From: Raillietiella orientalis
Lineage: Eukaryota
Length of the DNA stretch: 64,000 bases
Reading direction: 5' to 3'
Assembly: GCA_036172245.1 (NCBI GenBank)
Contig: JAYWIR010000011.1
Location: 3,286,001-3,350,000, forward strand
The notes below the pieces were generated by a model. It was not told where the DNA came from. It ran no database searches and worked only from the letters and a program-made list of their open reading frames with translations. The translations under genes and the position numbers were made by a program. Each line of letters starts with the position of its first letter. Position 1 is the stretch's first letter. Shown here piece after piece: positions 13,601 through 25,910 of the stretch.

Positions 13601-15749
13601 TTCCTGAGGAGAGCAGGAATTCTTTGTTTGCTCTAAAAAGGCTTTCTTTAAGGGAATGTCCGTAGATGAGCTCGAGTGAGCACTAAAAAACAAAAACCAA
13701 AAGGTTCGGATTCTGTTTCTAGGCAATTTTTTGTCTCTTCGCCGAACCTTTAATCAAAGCACCCTTCACACTGAGCAGTGGCAGCATCCCTCCACATACC
13801 CCCCCACTGCCCTCGTTGTGCATCTGGGATTCCACCCCTGATGACAAGCCGAAGGGGTGTCGGTGCGAGGGTAGCCGGCTGCTATGGAAACTCTTTCGAT
13901 CCGTTCTTTTGGAAAACGGAACTGGAAAACTATGTGAAGCACGCGTTTCGCTGTTTATCTGAATTGGACGAGAGCAGGTCGAGAAGGCAAGGCGACGTGA
14001 TGCGAGCGAGAATACTCAGCATTCCTTCATCATTTGAATAGGATGGTTTCTCTTTATTCAGAAGCTGGAAAAAATCCGAGAAAAAAATCCGCTCTTTCTC
14101 CCGCTTATCTTTCGTCGAATGAAGGAATAGAAATCCATAGTTCCAGATTTCTGAAACTCAGTAAGAAACGAAAATGACATGTCCAATGATTTAATTACAC
14201 ACTTCCGAACTTTTCATTGCGCTATTCACGTCGCATTTCGATCCACTTTTGATACAGCGAACTCGCTAGAAAACTCTCAACCTCACAACTGCAAAGAAAA
14301 CAGAAAAAGGACCTATTTTTGAGGAAAAAAAGAGAATTTTTCTACCAATCGCTTCTGCAAGACTTTTGACTGCCTATGTTACACTCTACCAGAGCTCGTT
14401 CTGTTCGACATTGCCTGGTTTCGGTAAGCAAAAAAAACTGACTAAAGGACAAATAATGGGGGCAAAAAGAAAGAAGAAACGAAAGCAAGAAATTCATTTC
14501 GTGTGGGGATAGGCGAAACTGCATTTTTGAGCTTTTCACGCGTTGCACGCCAGGACCAACACTTCCGTACGAGCAGCGTACACACCCGCCTCGTGCTTGC
14601 AAGTTTTGCAAAAGTAGTGCGTCATGACTTCCTTAGCCTCATTAGCCGCCGCGAAACGCCAGCTCGTGCTTTCCTCCGCGGGGGAATCTCAAGCGTTCAA
14701 TGCGGTGATGGAAAGATCCTCAACACCTTCGAACACACTTGTGGTTCCTGATTTTTGTTTGCCATCCCACAGCTTGCCTCCAGAAACCTCTTCCAAACCA
14801 TATCACTGAATTCTCGCCACATCATGGTTCGTGCAGTTACTACAGGTCTCGATCCGTGTTTGCGAATGGTGGCGCATTCTTCAATTATATGGAGCTGCTT
14901 CAAGACTTTCAGTTTCTCCTCGAATGCCTTTCGTTTGGGCACTGACATCGTGGTCGTTAAAACACTCTTTTCCTTCCCTCGGTCCGCAAACTTATGGGAA
15001 ATCTACACGGTTCCCTCTTTCAGCACCTCCTTTCCGAGTCCAGAAGAAACACAAGTGGTGATATGGTCCGGTCTCTTCGGAACAGGAAAAGGACTGCAGC
15101 CAAATCTCGTTTTACTGAACTTCCAACTCTTGAGATGGTGCGCAGAGCACGTCAAAGGTCATGTAGAGACCAACCAACTCCTCCACAATTCTCGGAAGAG
15201 CTGGGCATGTCCTTTGATCATCCCGGTTCTCAGAAAATCTGCTCCTTGACTGAAGCTGGTTGAAGCTCGGTTCGCTCTTTCCCTGGTTGCAGTCGATTTT
15301 TGGACATTCCTATCGGACGCGAGCTGGAATGCAGACGGACGAACGTCTTCTTCATAGATGCAGCATCATTTTTCTTGCAGTGGTGCTTTCGCTCTGCTTC
15401 GACAGCACCACCTCTTTGCCGCGGTTGGAATTTCCTCATCGAAATGAGGCAGAGATCACGAGGATCCGCATTCCGTGTGCAGGGGGAGACGAGATTTTCG
15501 CTCCATCAAGTTCGCTGCATATGCCTTCGAAGAAGGGAGGGAGGTTCTTCACGATTTCTACCATATGGTCACTCTGTCGGAAACTGATCCGGCTGCGTTC
15601 AGCCGCTTGCCCAGGAGGATGACCCGGAATAAGTTACTAGTACATGTATTGGTAAACGTGCACCAATACTGGATGCTGCCGCACATCGCGCATCCTCTTT
15701 ATGTTTCCACCTTTGTGACTCCGAGTTCTTCGGCTCCCGGGTCACCAGG

Positions 15750-16250
15750 GATTCCGCCCGCCATCAGTGCACTTATACAAGCCCGTCACCCCCATTCCTC
15801 TAGTGACGAAAAGGAAGGACAGTTTGCTGTGCTTGATCAAGTCCGGTTGGAGTTTGCGGACCCCAGGAACCGGCTGGTTTAAGGAGCACGGTATCCCATT
15901 TGCCCTGCGTCAACTTCTTGAAGAGGCCGACCAGACCATGTCGATTGCTTGATGACGAAGTTGGACTTCCTTAAGCACGAATTTGAAATCACCACTGACA
16001 TTCCTCTCCGCAACTGAGTGGATCGTTTCCATGCGAATCGCCGGAGATGACGCTCAGGCCACAGCAGTTTTTGCTCAGAATTACAGGGCACACTGACGGA
16101 AGTAGTAGGAAGCGTCGGGGAGGTAGCAACTCCTTTGTTCGACCACCTGCAATCAGCATGGCAAACGAGAATCGAGACACAGGGTGTCAGGCCGCTCTCT
16201 CTCTTGTGCTCCAACAGCCGCAGAACACTTCCGGGGTGTTCGGTAAGGCT
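15750..16250 (-). mobile_element. degenerate RLE-type non-LTR retrotransposon C-terminus (restriction-like endonuclease)
   Basis: LRHQAIDMVW...*...LNQPVPGVRKLQPDLIK (cf. RHN.I...NQ.VPG...LRPDL), preceded by a Cys-rich segment. Confidence 0.55.
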
Positions 16251-16466
16251 TGACTGATCCGGCAGAGAGTAGCTACGGTGCGCACTCTGAGACCCGAAAG
16301 ACGGCGGCGAAACCTGCGCGGCCTGGGTTGAAGTCAAGGGAAGGTTGCGCAGCGGGACGAAAGGGCACACTGGACGGGGGGCCTGACGGAGGGACGAAAG
16401 ACGAATCGAGCCATCCGGCGGCATCGTCTCCATCTGGAGTTCGCGAGGAGTTGTGCTGACGTCGAT

Positions 16467-16765
16467 TTTCAAAAAGTTTTGCAGTATTTAATTTTTAAAA
16501 ATATATTGTAATTCCATTAAAATAATTATAAAATTTCATTTTATAATTTCATTATATGTAGATTTCTATTAAATAATTATGAATCAATGGAACATTTAAT
16601 TTGATATCTGATGTTTAATGTAATACCTATAATGATATCTTAAAAGTTTTAGAAAAATATGCTTGAATCATATAATATGTTAGATGTTTAGAGTGAGATA
16701 ATAAATGATTAATAATCTATAATAAGGTAAGGACACATAAATAAAATATCAAAACTGAAATTTGC
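16467..16765 (+). repeat. AT-rich dispersed repeat, copy 1
   Basis: Collinear similarity with 24780-25090 (attaaataa..., ctgatgttt, aaagttttaga..aat.tgctt, gtttaga.tgaga..., ttaataatc). Confidence 0.75.
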
Positions 16766-16774
16766 ATTGTGCGT

Positions 16775-19700
16775 AGAGTGCATCTCTGAGTTCCAAGGTC
16801 AGTACTTTATCTCTTTGTCCCTCACGGCGTAGCGGCCCCAAGATAAAATGGAGTGGGATCGCCCTGGACCATCCTGTGACAGGTTCGGCCTCCATAATTT
16901 CATGACACTATTTTAACTATCTATAAACTTGGATACGCACGTAACTCATTCCCGTGGAAAAGTTCGACAAGCCTCATGAGCTGGAGAAAATGACTAGGGA
17001 AAGCCTTGAGACCAACGCCACCTGCAGCCCATTGTCAGACATGAAAGGGGCGCCCAGCTTCCTAGAAGTCTGAACCACGGACAGCCGTGGCTGGTGTACC
17101 CACCACATTTCTGTGTCTTCTCGGAAGCACCTCGAGCACAGCGCTTGATGCTGGTTCTGGGAAAATTTGGCCATCTGAGAACCCTTCCCTGCGCAGCAGC
17201 ACGCGGAGAATAGGAAGGAAGAGATTTTGCCGAAGGCCGCGGGAAGCCATGGAAACGCTATCGCGCCAAATCACCCCTCATTTCTGCTTCGGGCCTGCGT
17301 GGGACCTCTTTCGTTTCCGAGCCTAATGGCGCGTGTCCAGGCTTTCCTGCGCTCCTCGAGGACTCGCTGACCTTGGATCTTGCAGTACCCAAAATGCCTT
17401 GCAGTTCTTCCAGTCGTCTGTCTTCGAGGAGCCCCGCATTCACGACTCGATCCCTTTGGATTCTCGTCCAGTGTCCATCATTCATCGAATTCGCCAAACT
17501 GTTAGAACTCGGAAGGTCGCCGTTCCAGAGAACGAGAAGTGAATCCTCAACTCTTGGCAAGAACAGGCCTGCTGTTTCAGCCACGCGTAGCTCAATAGGA
17601 AGCTCCACTTGGATATCTCCAACATCTTGCACGATTGAGGCGGACTGCAATTTGTGTAGAGAGCCGTTTCATTAAAAAGGAGTCCCTGACCATCGAGTTC
17701 CTCCCTCTGGGTCATCTACATAGGATCTCATTGCCATGTTCATCCTCGATTAGGCAACATTTTCCGTGTTTCTGTCAACCGAAAGGGCAAGCTCCGTTCT
17801 TTGTCGTCCTCTTTGGCATTTTCCTATTTTATAAACAGGAAGAGTTTTTGACCTCCACTGGAAGGTTGCGAGTTCATTACGGCAGACATCTCTTGCGTTT
17901 GGAAAGGGGCCTGGGGTCTGTTGGTTCGCTTCTTCCATCACTTTGAGGAGCGTCACGTTCCGCACTATAAAAAACGAAGGGTGAGGGGAGTTCTGGCCGC
18001 GTCCTTCCCAAACTCTTCGGCCCCTCGGTCTCTCGCAGTTCACCTTTGGTCAGTTGGCTGCCTGAGTGGGCTGCAGAGCTCCACTTCCCTCAGCTGCTGC
18101 TCTTTCGCAGAGACCCGCTATTCTCTGGATTGGGAGCTGTTTCCCCCCTGGAGAGGAGCTTCCCTACGGAGTGATCCGGTCTCTCCGAAAGAGATCACTG
18201 TCGAAACATGACCACGCGCTGCTTCACTAGTCATAGGGCCAAGCTCAAAACACCTGGCAAATCCTCGCATTTGCTTTCGCTTTCCAACTTCGTCTGAGTC
18301 CTCATGTTTTCTTTTGGTGCTCATTATTCATCAGAGGCTGGATGTCGTCCTTAAAAAAAATCACACAAAAAGATATTTGTAGTAAGTTGGCACCACTGTC
18401 AATAACACAACGCGCCTTCGTGCCCATCCCGTGTGTTCTGCTTTAGCAGGTCCATTGATTATCCTGATTTCCTTTTTAGGTGCAGCTCCTGATTCTGTGG
18501 TGGGGGCCGATTGACCTTTTCTGTAGGTCCCTAGCAATCTCCAATCCGTCAGCCATCTCTGCTGTGACTCTTTCCCTTTTATCACCTCCGTGGTGGATGA
18601 GGCGAGATGCGTCTGGACCATGGGATTGTACCCTAAGGCTGCACCATTCCTTTCAGACCTCTCCAGCAGGGCATCTTCAGCCTCCTTTCATGGGACATTC
18701 GCTGTTTGCTCACAAAAGGTCCCTGTCCAGAGTGCTGTAGGTGAAAACAAGAAGTCTGGTTTGTGCCCTGCTCATGGTGCACAGAGTGCAGCTTCTGAGT
18801 CCCGTGGTCAGTACTTTAGCTCTTTGCCTCCCACAGTGTAGTACCCCAAGATAAAATAAAATGAGATCACCCTGGACCATTCGGTGACAGTCTCGGCTTC
18901 CACAACACCAGGTCCATCTCCAATGGTGCAGCTTCTGTGCTGCTAATTTCTCACCCTAATTAGGGTTCCATTTGCACCGACTCCTCAAGTTGCCACGGTC
19001 GAAGATAAAAATCAGGGGGAGCAGGAAAGGCTTTCGTATTGGAAGGTTCATGCCATGCTTATCACAATACGTGCCAATCCACGGTGGTCCCATTCACCTT
19101 CCGACCTGAGTCTCCGCACTCATCTCTTTCTATCCCTTCCCCTCCCCCTTCCCCATCCCAGGAGTCACTCTTCGGTTTCTTGATACTTTTCCGGAAACGG
19201 TCCGCTCCACCCACGTTTCCTCAATCTACCCCAATCTTCAATTTTGTGTTTCCATTCTTCTTGTTAGTCTTCTCTCGTTTCCACGCCAATTCCACCGATT
19301 CGTTCCTCTGCCTTGAACAAATGGCAGCATGAATTTCTCTCATTGCAAAGTTTTCGGACCGGGGGAAGTCCGTATCCTCCATCTAGCAGTGCCGCGAGCA
19401 CCCAGGATTTGGGAATTAGCAAATTCATTCACGAGGCGCGTCTCAGCATGCAGCCGGCGCCAGCATCGTCCTGGAGGATAATAGCTGCACAAGGCTTGGG
19501 ATGCGAAAAGAATCACATCCTTCAATCACTGCATCAATAACACGTCCGTGGTTCCCGAAACACACGATAAACTGGCAGCCCACATCAAGAGGGGGCTACC
19601 AGTAAGCACTGGGCTCTGGTATTCATCTACTAGTATGTCCCTGGAATGAACTCCGAGCTTCGACTAAGTCTAGTGCTCTCCAATGAAGATGAGCCATCAT

Positions 19701-20050
19701 GCTGGAACAGCTTTTCGTTACGCGCATTTACGGAAGGCTCTTCACTGAAGAAGAAACAAGACAACAAATGGACAGCGAAATTTTCAGGACAGGCTGTTCA
19801 ATTCTTTGCCCCTGCGAAGACTCGTAGCGTGATCCTTAGAACCAAGGAATCTGGTAAACAAGGAAGCATTGGAAGAACAATCCCTAAGAGGTGGACAGAG
19901 AATATCCCTGTTCTTCTGGGATACATACCTGAAACATCTATAGGGACATCCACCTTCGATGAAAGAGCCCCCGAGAACCATTGCATCGTCCAGGCAATGA
20001 GATAAAAACAACCAGATGAATTATATGGTGAAAAATTACCCCCATTAAAC
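16775..20050 (-). mobile_element. degenerate Ty3/gypsy LTR-retrotransposon gag-pol remnant(s)
   Basis: GCPYRCF...CPP (gag knuckle, ~19.9k); KKNGNTKLKIGVD (RT start, ~19.25k); NSSQSRE...PTDQR (RNase H, ~18.1k); REELDGQGLLF (~17.7k); GHW..QR...APLGSETKEVPRRPEAEMRGDL (integrase N-term, 17.3-17.5k); GAPFMSDNGLQ (cf. G.P..+SDNGPQF, ~17.03k). Confidence 0.6.
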
Positions 20051-21106
20051 AAGAATGGAAAACAACAAACAAAATTATTTCTTCGCTGCTAACGCATCAC
20101 ACTGTATGTTGAGAGAGTTCAAAAGTTCGTCAGCAAAAAAACAAACCAAGAAACAAACCAACGACTATGGACTGGTATAACGCCAAACGGCATTAGCGAT
20201 GGGGTTTTCGAATGCTTCCCACAGTGTTCCCACTCGTTTTCACTCAGAAAGAAACCGCACAGCTCAGGGGCCTCTAAGTAAAGCGCGTCAACTAACTTCC
20301 TGATATCTGTTCGTCCGATGTCAACGGTCCATCAGCAGCAGCTGCTTCAACGTCCATGAACTCTTCTGCATAGGGGCCCTAGAGCGGGGAACTTCCACGG
20401 AAGTCAGATGGCGACTCCCCACGAACCATACATGGGATGCTTTCGTGCCCATCCCAACCGGTTTCGATACACGGAACCATACAGTCCTCCTTGACCACAG
20501 AATAACGAGAGAGGCAGGCTTTTGTTCGACTGGGAAGGCAGATGGTCTCGGAAAGGCCCCGGATGACACGGTCTTCCAGGAGCTGCCCGAAGCCGCGCGC
20601 GCCTCCTCCTCTGGCCATCGCATTTTCCCACAGGTTTCCCCGTCGCCTTCCGGAACACCTGCAGCAGCCTCCGAAGTGCAGCAGAGCTGCGTCTCCGAAG
20701 GGAACCTGCGGGCCGGCTTTCGCTTTACGTTGCCCTGGCGGGCGGGCAGCAGGGTCGAAACGGGAGCTAAGCTGATTCGGGACCGCATCGGGGTCCGTAG
20801 GCAGGGGAGCCGTGAAGCCCACGGACGCTCACGGAAGGTACCAAAGGGGAAGAGTCCTTGGCGCTGCTTCATTGCAGTGACGGCATTCCGGTTCTACAGT
20901 CCGTCCCTGCTGCATCTGTGCTTCCGATTGTCATGCGCCGCCAGGGGAGCCACCACGGAGAGCTCGCTGGACTCCCCACCGGTTTCCGTCGTGAAGAAGA
21001 GTGGAGGGGTGAGACCGAAGCAGGAAACCACCATCATCCATGGCGTGATGGGCGGCAGCGACCTTGGGTCTTCCGTACTGCTTTTCGCGGGAGAGCGATT
21101 CTCCGG

Positions 21107-21179
21107 AGCGGGGGGGAGGGTAGGAGTTGCGTCTTCCAAAAATCTTCTCTCCGTCTCCTTCGTTCTTCTCAGCCTTTCG
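21107..21179 (+). repeat. dispersed repeat; inverted copy at 63923-64000
   Basis: gggtaggagttgcgtcttcca.aaatcttctc.ccg.ctcc.tcgttcttctcagcctttcg is shared with the reverse complement of the window end. Confidence 0.9.
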
Positions 21180-21299
21180 AGAGCTTGATAGGGACCTCAG
21201 CGCGGCTCCTGTAGCCTTTCACATGTTAAGAACCGCCGAAGAGTTTGAGGCACATCCCCCAAATAGATGCAGCGAGCTTAACCCACTTTTGGAGAGAGA

Positions 21300-22080
21300 A
21301 AGGAAGAGCAGATCATGCCGAGGGAATCTCGTGGGTGGGATGACCTATGTGTCTGCAGACAAACACTGTCCTGGCCACTATTTAGGTGTCACATGTGGTT
21401 CCTGCACTACATATCCAGACACGCTGCCTGACCAAACTCTCTGTCCACAAGGCGAAAGGGCAGAGTGTGAAGAGAAGAGATCAAGACGTTAGGCGAGGGG
21501 TGAGACCCTGCTGCACTCCCTAAACCAATACTGGTGTCATTTCCACACGGACAGTGGCGTGAGTGATGTTGGTGGTTACGGATTAAGAGATGCATGGGGC
21601 CATGCCCAATGCAGTCCAGCACAACTGCCTCACAGAATCCGATCGGCCGAGGAACCTCCTGAGCATGTGAGCTCCATGGAACACAAGATACGAAGCAATG
21701 GGATTTAAGGCGCAAACCCGTTTCCAAGAATCCATTCTATTATTAGAAGCCAGAGGTTGCCACAAACGGGTTGGACAACTTGTTGACCGCCTACGATACT
21801 TGTAAACTCCGCAACGTCCTTTGTCCCAGAGCGAAAAGTGTTCGTCTGCCTGTCGGCAAAGGTAAAGTCGAGGTTATACCAGTCTCGCTCATCCACCGAT
21901 GCTCCATGATCATGAGATCACTGGTCAGAAGCAGAAATGTCCACCCACCTCTTCATGAACTCTTAACGGGCTGGAAACAACGTATCCCTGTAGAGAAAGA
22001 GCCACTAGGAGGCCCTTGAAGCATGCATGGAGTCTGAAAATCACGGGTCCCAGGAGGCATTCGCTGCCGGGAGCAAGGTG
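21300..22080 (-). mobile_element. degenerate non-LTR retrotransposon RT remnant
   Basis: PPG..DF, DERDWYNL (cf. NWRPI), and GVQQG / SHPSPNVL..LHTL (cf. GV.QG.PLSP.LF) in order, with frameshifts. Confidence 0.45.
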
Positions 22081-24779
22081 CAGTCAGCAGCGACGGTCTC
22101 GTTTACCCTACTTTCACGAGTGCCCGCATTAATTTCTCACCCACTATGCAGGCAGCCAGCTTCGGAGGAATGGTGCTCAAGTTTTCTCTGGTGATCCGCG
22201 CAAGCACGTGTGCTTACTGATTTTGCACATCCGTGCACGGTGCACAGTACGTAGCGTATGCGCACGTTGCGTGTGGGAGAGCATCGAACACAGAAGCCGC
22301 TAAAGCGCGGGCGCTCACGACCCAGGCTGGCCGACGACGATGTCCTCGCTTTTTTTCTTTCCTTTTTCCTCTTTTTTTTTTTAATCTCAAGCAGCAGCAG
22401 CGCATTCGACTCAGGCTAGCGGTCAGACTCGTCGGGCGTTTATTTTCCTTGCATATTTTTTTTGTTGTTGTCGGTGATTCGAGCGAGACGCTTTGCTCCT
22501 TGAAATTGCCGCTCAGGAGATCAAACGGGGTATCATCATTATATCTGCCTGTGCAAGGACAAGTCCTTGTGTGCCGGGGGTCCGCCGTTGCTCTGCGACC
22601 GCCGCTGCCGGACTCCGCTCCCGCCGAGAAATCGCGATGGCGAGAGTGCGGACTGGGAAAGCCCGTCTTGGAGGAGCTTCGCTTTCCCCCTCCATCCCGG
22701 AGCTCCTTTTGCGAGCAAGGAAGACGCAGAGGAAAGCCTGCAGCTCGCCCTCCGTGCGCGCTGCGCACGCGATCGACACGAAACGGGGAGGCCCACTCGC
22801 ACCCTGAACGCACCACGCGCACACCGCTTGCAGCCACCACCTCAACTGTCGAAGCCGTGCGCTCTGCAGTTTCGCTCCGGAGGCTGCGATGGTCGCTCCT
22901 TGCAGTGAGACGCAGGGCTGCAGAGACGGGGGAAAGGACCGCAAGTCGGATCCGCCCTCACGTTTTCCCAAGCGCGTCTGGCTGCCGTCGCCGCCGCCGC
23001 CGCCGGGCGGCGTTCCGAACGGTAGTCGTCCAGTCGACGGTGCGAAATGTCTGGCGAGGGACGTTCCAACTGCACGTCCTGAGGACCAAGACCTCCCACG
23101 CACGTTCAAAGAATCGTCTCCAAAACCATCGGGTCACCGTTCGGACAGTAGGGAGAGAAGGTTCTACTGAGTCGGTCGAACCATGGACAAAAACCACAGC
23201 TCATCGAAATCTCCTTCTCGAGTCCAGAAAGAACGTTCTCCTCCTCCTCCCCGAGATCAACCCTCCCTTTGCGGTCTCCCCAGGGATGGGAGAGTGGCGG
23301 TTTCGATCCACGGAGCCTCTCCACAAAGAGGACGCAGAGAAGTTGGAGGTCTGAGGCTCCATGTTTGAAAGACGAGCCGGAAAGAAGAAAAAGAACATCG
23401 AAAGAGCAAGTCCGCTCAAACCGGGTTGTGTTTATCTTCGAACCTACACCTCCAGGAAATGGGGGGGGGGGGGGGTGCTTGCGGAGAAGCCGCCTGCTAG
23501 TAGAGCAAACGACGACTGCAAAACCTCAGCTTCTTCAGCGTCCCGAATCTCATCCCCGTTTCCTTCCCTTTTAACCGCTCGGTACCCTCCTGCGTTCGCA
23601 AGAGACATCCAGACGCTCCGCCTGGCGAGCACTCGATTTTGCTCCTATCACCAAAAGGAGAGAGAGAATACAGCAAAGATAAAAAAACGAGACCCCATTG
23701 CGTGCGTCTCTCTTGCTTCCCACGATTCACTCCACCCTTCAGCCCGCTGGCCCCAAGTCTCCTCTCCCCTTTAGATCTGTCTCCAATTCTTTTGCCGACT
23801 GCTGCTGGCAATGCCGCTGTCTAATTTAAACTTTTCTCGGAGGACCCACCTGCCCACTCCCTACAGAGCTTCGATTTCTTTCACGGCCCAGAGGTTACTG
23901 GATCTCCCCGACGTTGACTTCTCTCGGCTGCGAACGCCTCAGCTTTTGTCAACTTCGCCTCTTCCTAATTAGGAAGCGCTTCCTTGCCGGACGCTTTCGT
24001 TCCTCACCCTACGGTCTCAGCGGTTGCCACAGCAACGGGCCTGAAAAATCCATCACTTTATGGCCCCGGTGAAGGCAGGAGACGAGAAAACAAACACGTC
24101 GGCAACAGCAAGCTGGACGGCAGACCTGCGAATGTCCGAAGTACAGAGGATGAAAACGAGGCAGAAGCGAAAAAAAAAAAACCTTCTGTGGCTCGCTGAA
24201 AGCATCGGACCGTAATATACACTGATATACAATGAATCATAAGGGAAGAGTCTTCCCTGCAAGAACTGATAAGATTTATTTGAGGAAAGTCCTTGAACTT
24301 GAATATGACACTAGCATGGATTCGTTGTGAACTTTTTCTACCTGAGAAGTCGTCGCGCCCTCTCCGCCAGAACTTTCCAATTTGCATAAAACTCGCGGCA
24401 CGGAAGGGTGAACCGGGAAACTGGCGCGAATCGATCGGGGCGGCTGCGCTGAGACAGGAAGCGCCAAAAAAGGTGGCCTCTTTTCTTCCGCTTTCCGTTT
24501 CCTCCCCTGGGCATCGGGACGTCGCTCCGTCGGCGTTCCAGAGAGCTCATCCTGACTTCTTCGGGCGCCCTTCCTTTTTCTTCTGGTGCTCCTCGAAACG
24601 TCGCCGCGAAACTCCCGTGCCGCAGATGCGAGTCGGCGCGGGGAAGCACGGGAGCACGGAAGTTGCTGCTCCATCTGTGCTTCCCGGTGTTTCCCTTACC
24701 CCTTGCTAAAATTCGCAGGAGCATCCCCATGCTCCGCATGTGGAGAAGAGCGCCGGTGCGGTCGTCGATTCCAAACGAT

Positions 24780-25090
24780 CTTTTGAAGTACCCAATCTTT
24801 GCATTCTTAATTATGAAGAATACGTTTTTACTTAATTCAAAATAATTATCCGGTTTTATTTTGTAAAATGAACTTTCATTAAATAACCATTAATGAACGT
24901 TTTCTTTTATACCTGATGTTTGCCATAGCGTCCTGAAAGTTTTAGAGCAATGTGCTTTCAATAATACAATGCTCTTAACGTTTAGACTGAGAATAAGTAA
25001 TTAATAATCCACCATGTAGTGAGGGTGAATAAATGGAATAATGAAATTAAATTTTTGAAAAACATAGGAAATCTGAATTTGTAAATTTAT
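24780..25090 (+). repeat. AT-rich dispersed repeat, copy 2
   Basis: Collinear similarity with 16467-16765. Confidence 0.75.
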
Positions 25091-25829
25091 AGAAACAGTT
25101 TTCTACCATTCGATACCTCCGGATTCCCGAGGGAGCTCCTTCAGCTCCCGTGCATGCATCCGACCAAGCGCTTGAGAAAGAATGGATGGCGTTCAGCTCA
25201 AACTGGAAAGGAACTGCTGAAGGGTGGTTCCTGCTGAGGATCGAGCTACGCCTAAAGGAATTTGCGGCCGAGCAGGCACGAAGGGAAGTGAAGTCGCTGC
25301 TCCAGAATTTCCTGGGATGCTGCTTACCCAGGTGAGTTCTTGCAGTGGCACCGTAAGAAGAAATGACTCTTCTTGGTGGAAGCTCGCTATGAGAGAGAAG
25401 GGTTGCCTGCCAGCAGAGAGGGCTCGGTCACCCGGGCCACCCTGTGCTCTCCCGAACTTTATTCCGTTCGGAAGATGCTCGGTGAAGAGCTCTGGAAGAC
25501 TCGTGTCCGTGGACGCATATTATTGCATATATTTTATTTGTTACAGTGACAATGATCTCGTCAGGACCTCAGGGGTGATGACGAAGAGCACGCACACGCG
25601 TGTGTGATTCACTCAAAGGGAAGCACTGTTTCGGAGCCGTCTTCACGGTCACTGGCAGCTCGCAAGAGCACACGAAACACTGGTTCTGGGCAGTTTACAA
25701 ACACCACGCGTACTCTCCTCAGGATGGAATTTCTCCCGAATGTCTCGAGATGGATATCACATTAAGAGCTTGAAACACACGCACATAAGGAAAGACGATT
25801 CCTAAGACTAAGTGTCACAGGAAAAGTGT

Positions 25830-25910
25830 TCACATGTAACCTAGTTCCAACATCTCGTGCAGTTTCTTAATATTCAAATGGCATTCTATCCTCCAAAAGG
25901 GGAAATTCAT
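25830..25910 (-). CDS. eya: eya terminal coding exon (MNFPFWRIECHLNIKKLHEMLELGYM*)
   Basis: Acceptor tttcttccag; matches the Eya C-terminus (..PFWRI.SHSDL.AL..ALEL.YL*). It is too short for the ORF track and was read manually. Confidence 0.9.
   Translation of the reverse strand: MNFPFWRIECHLNIKKLHEMLELGYM

Noticed and set aside
14697..15300. Possible gypsy gag/RT-start relic (KLKVLKQLHIIEEC..SRPVV; DQRTCPA) on the minus strand
   Set aside because: Resemblance too weak to list as a feature without a profile search
22233..23354. 373-aa plus-strand ORF
   Set aside because: Starts at GTG, crosses poly-T and GCC runs, and has no recognisable motifs
25533..25538. Candidate eya polyadenylation signal (AATAAA on the minus strand)
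   Set aside because: Several equivalent hexamers lie nearby (e.g. 25458-25463); I cannot choose between them without transcript data
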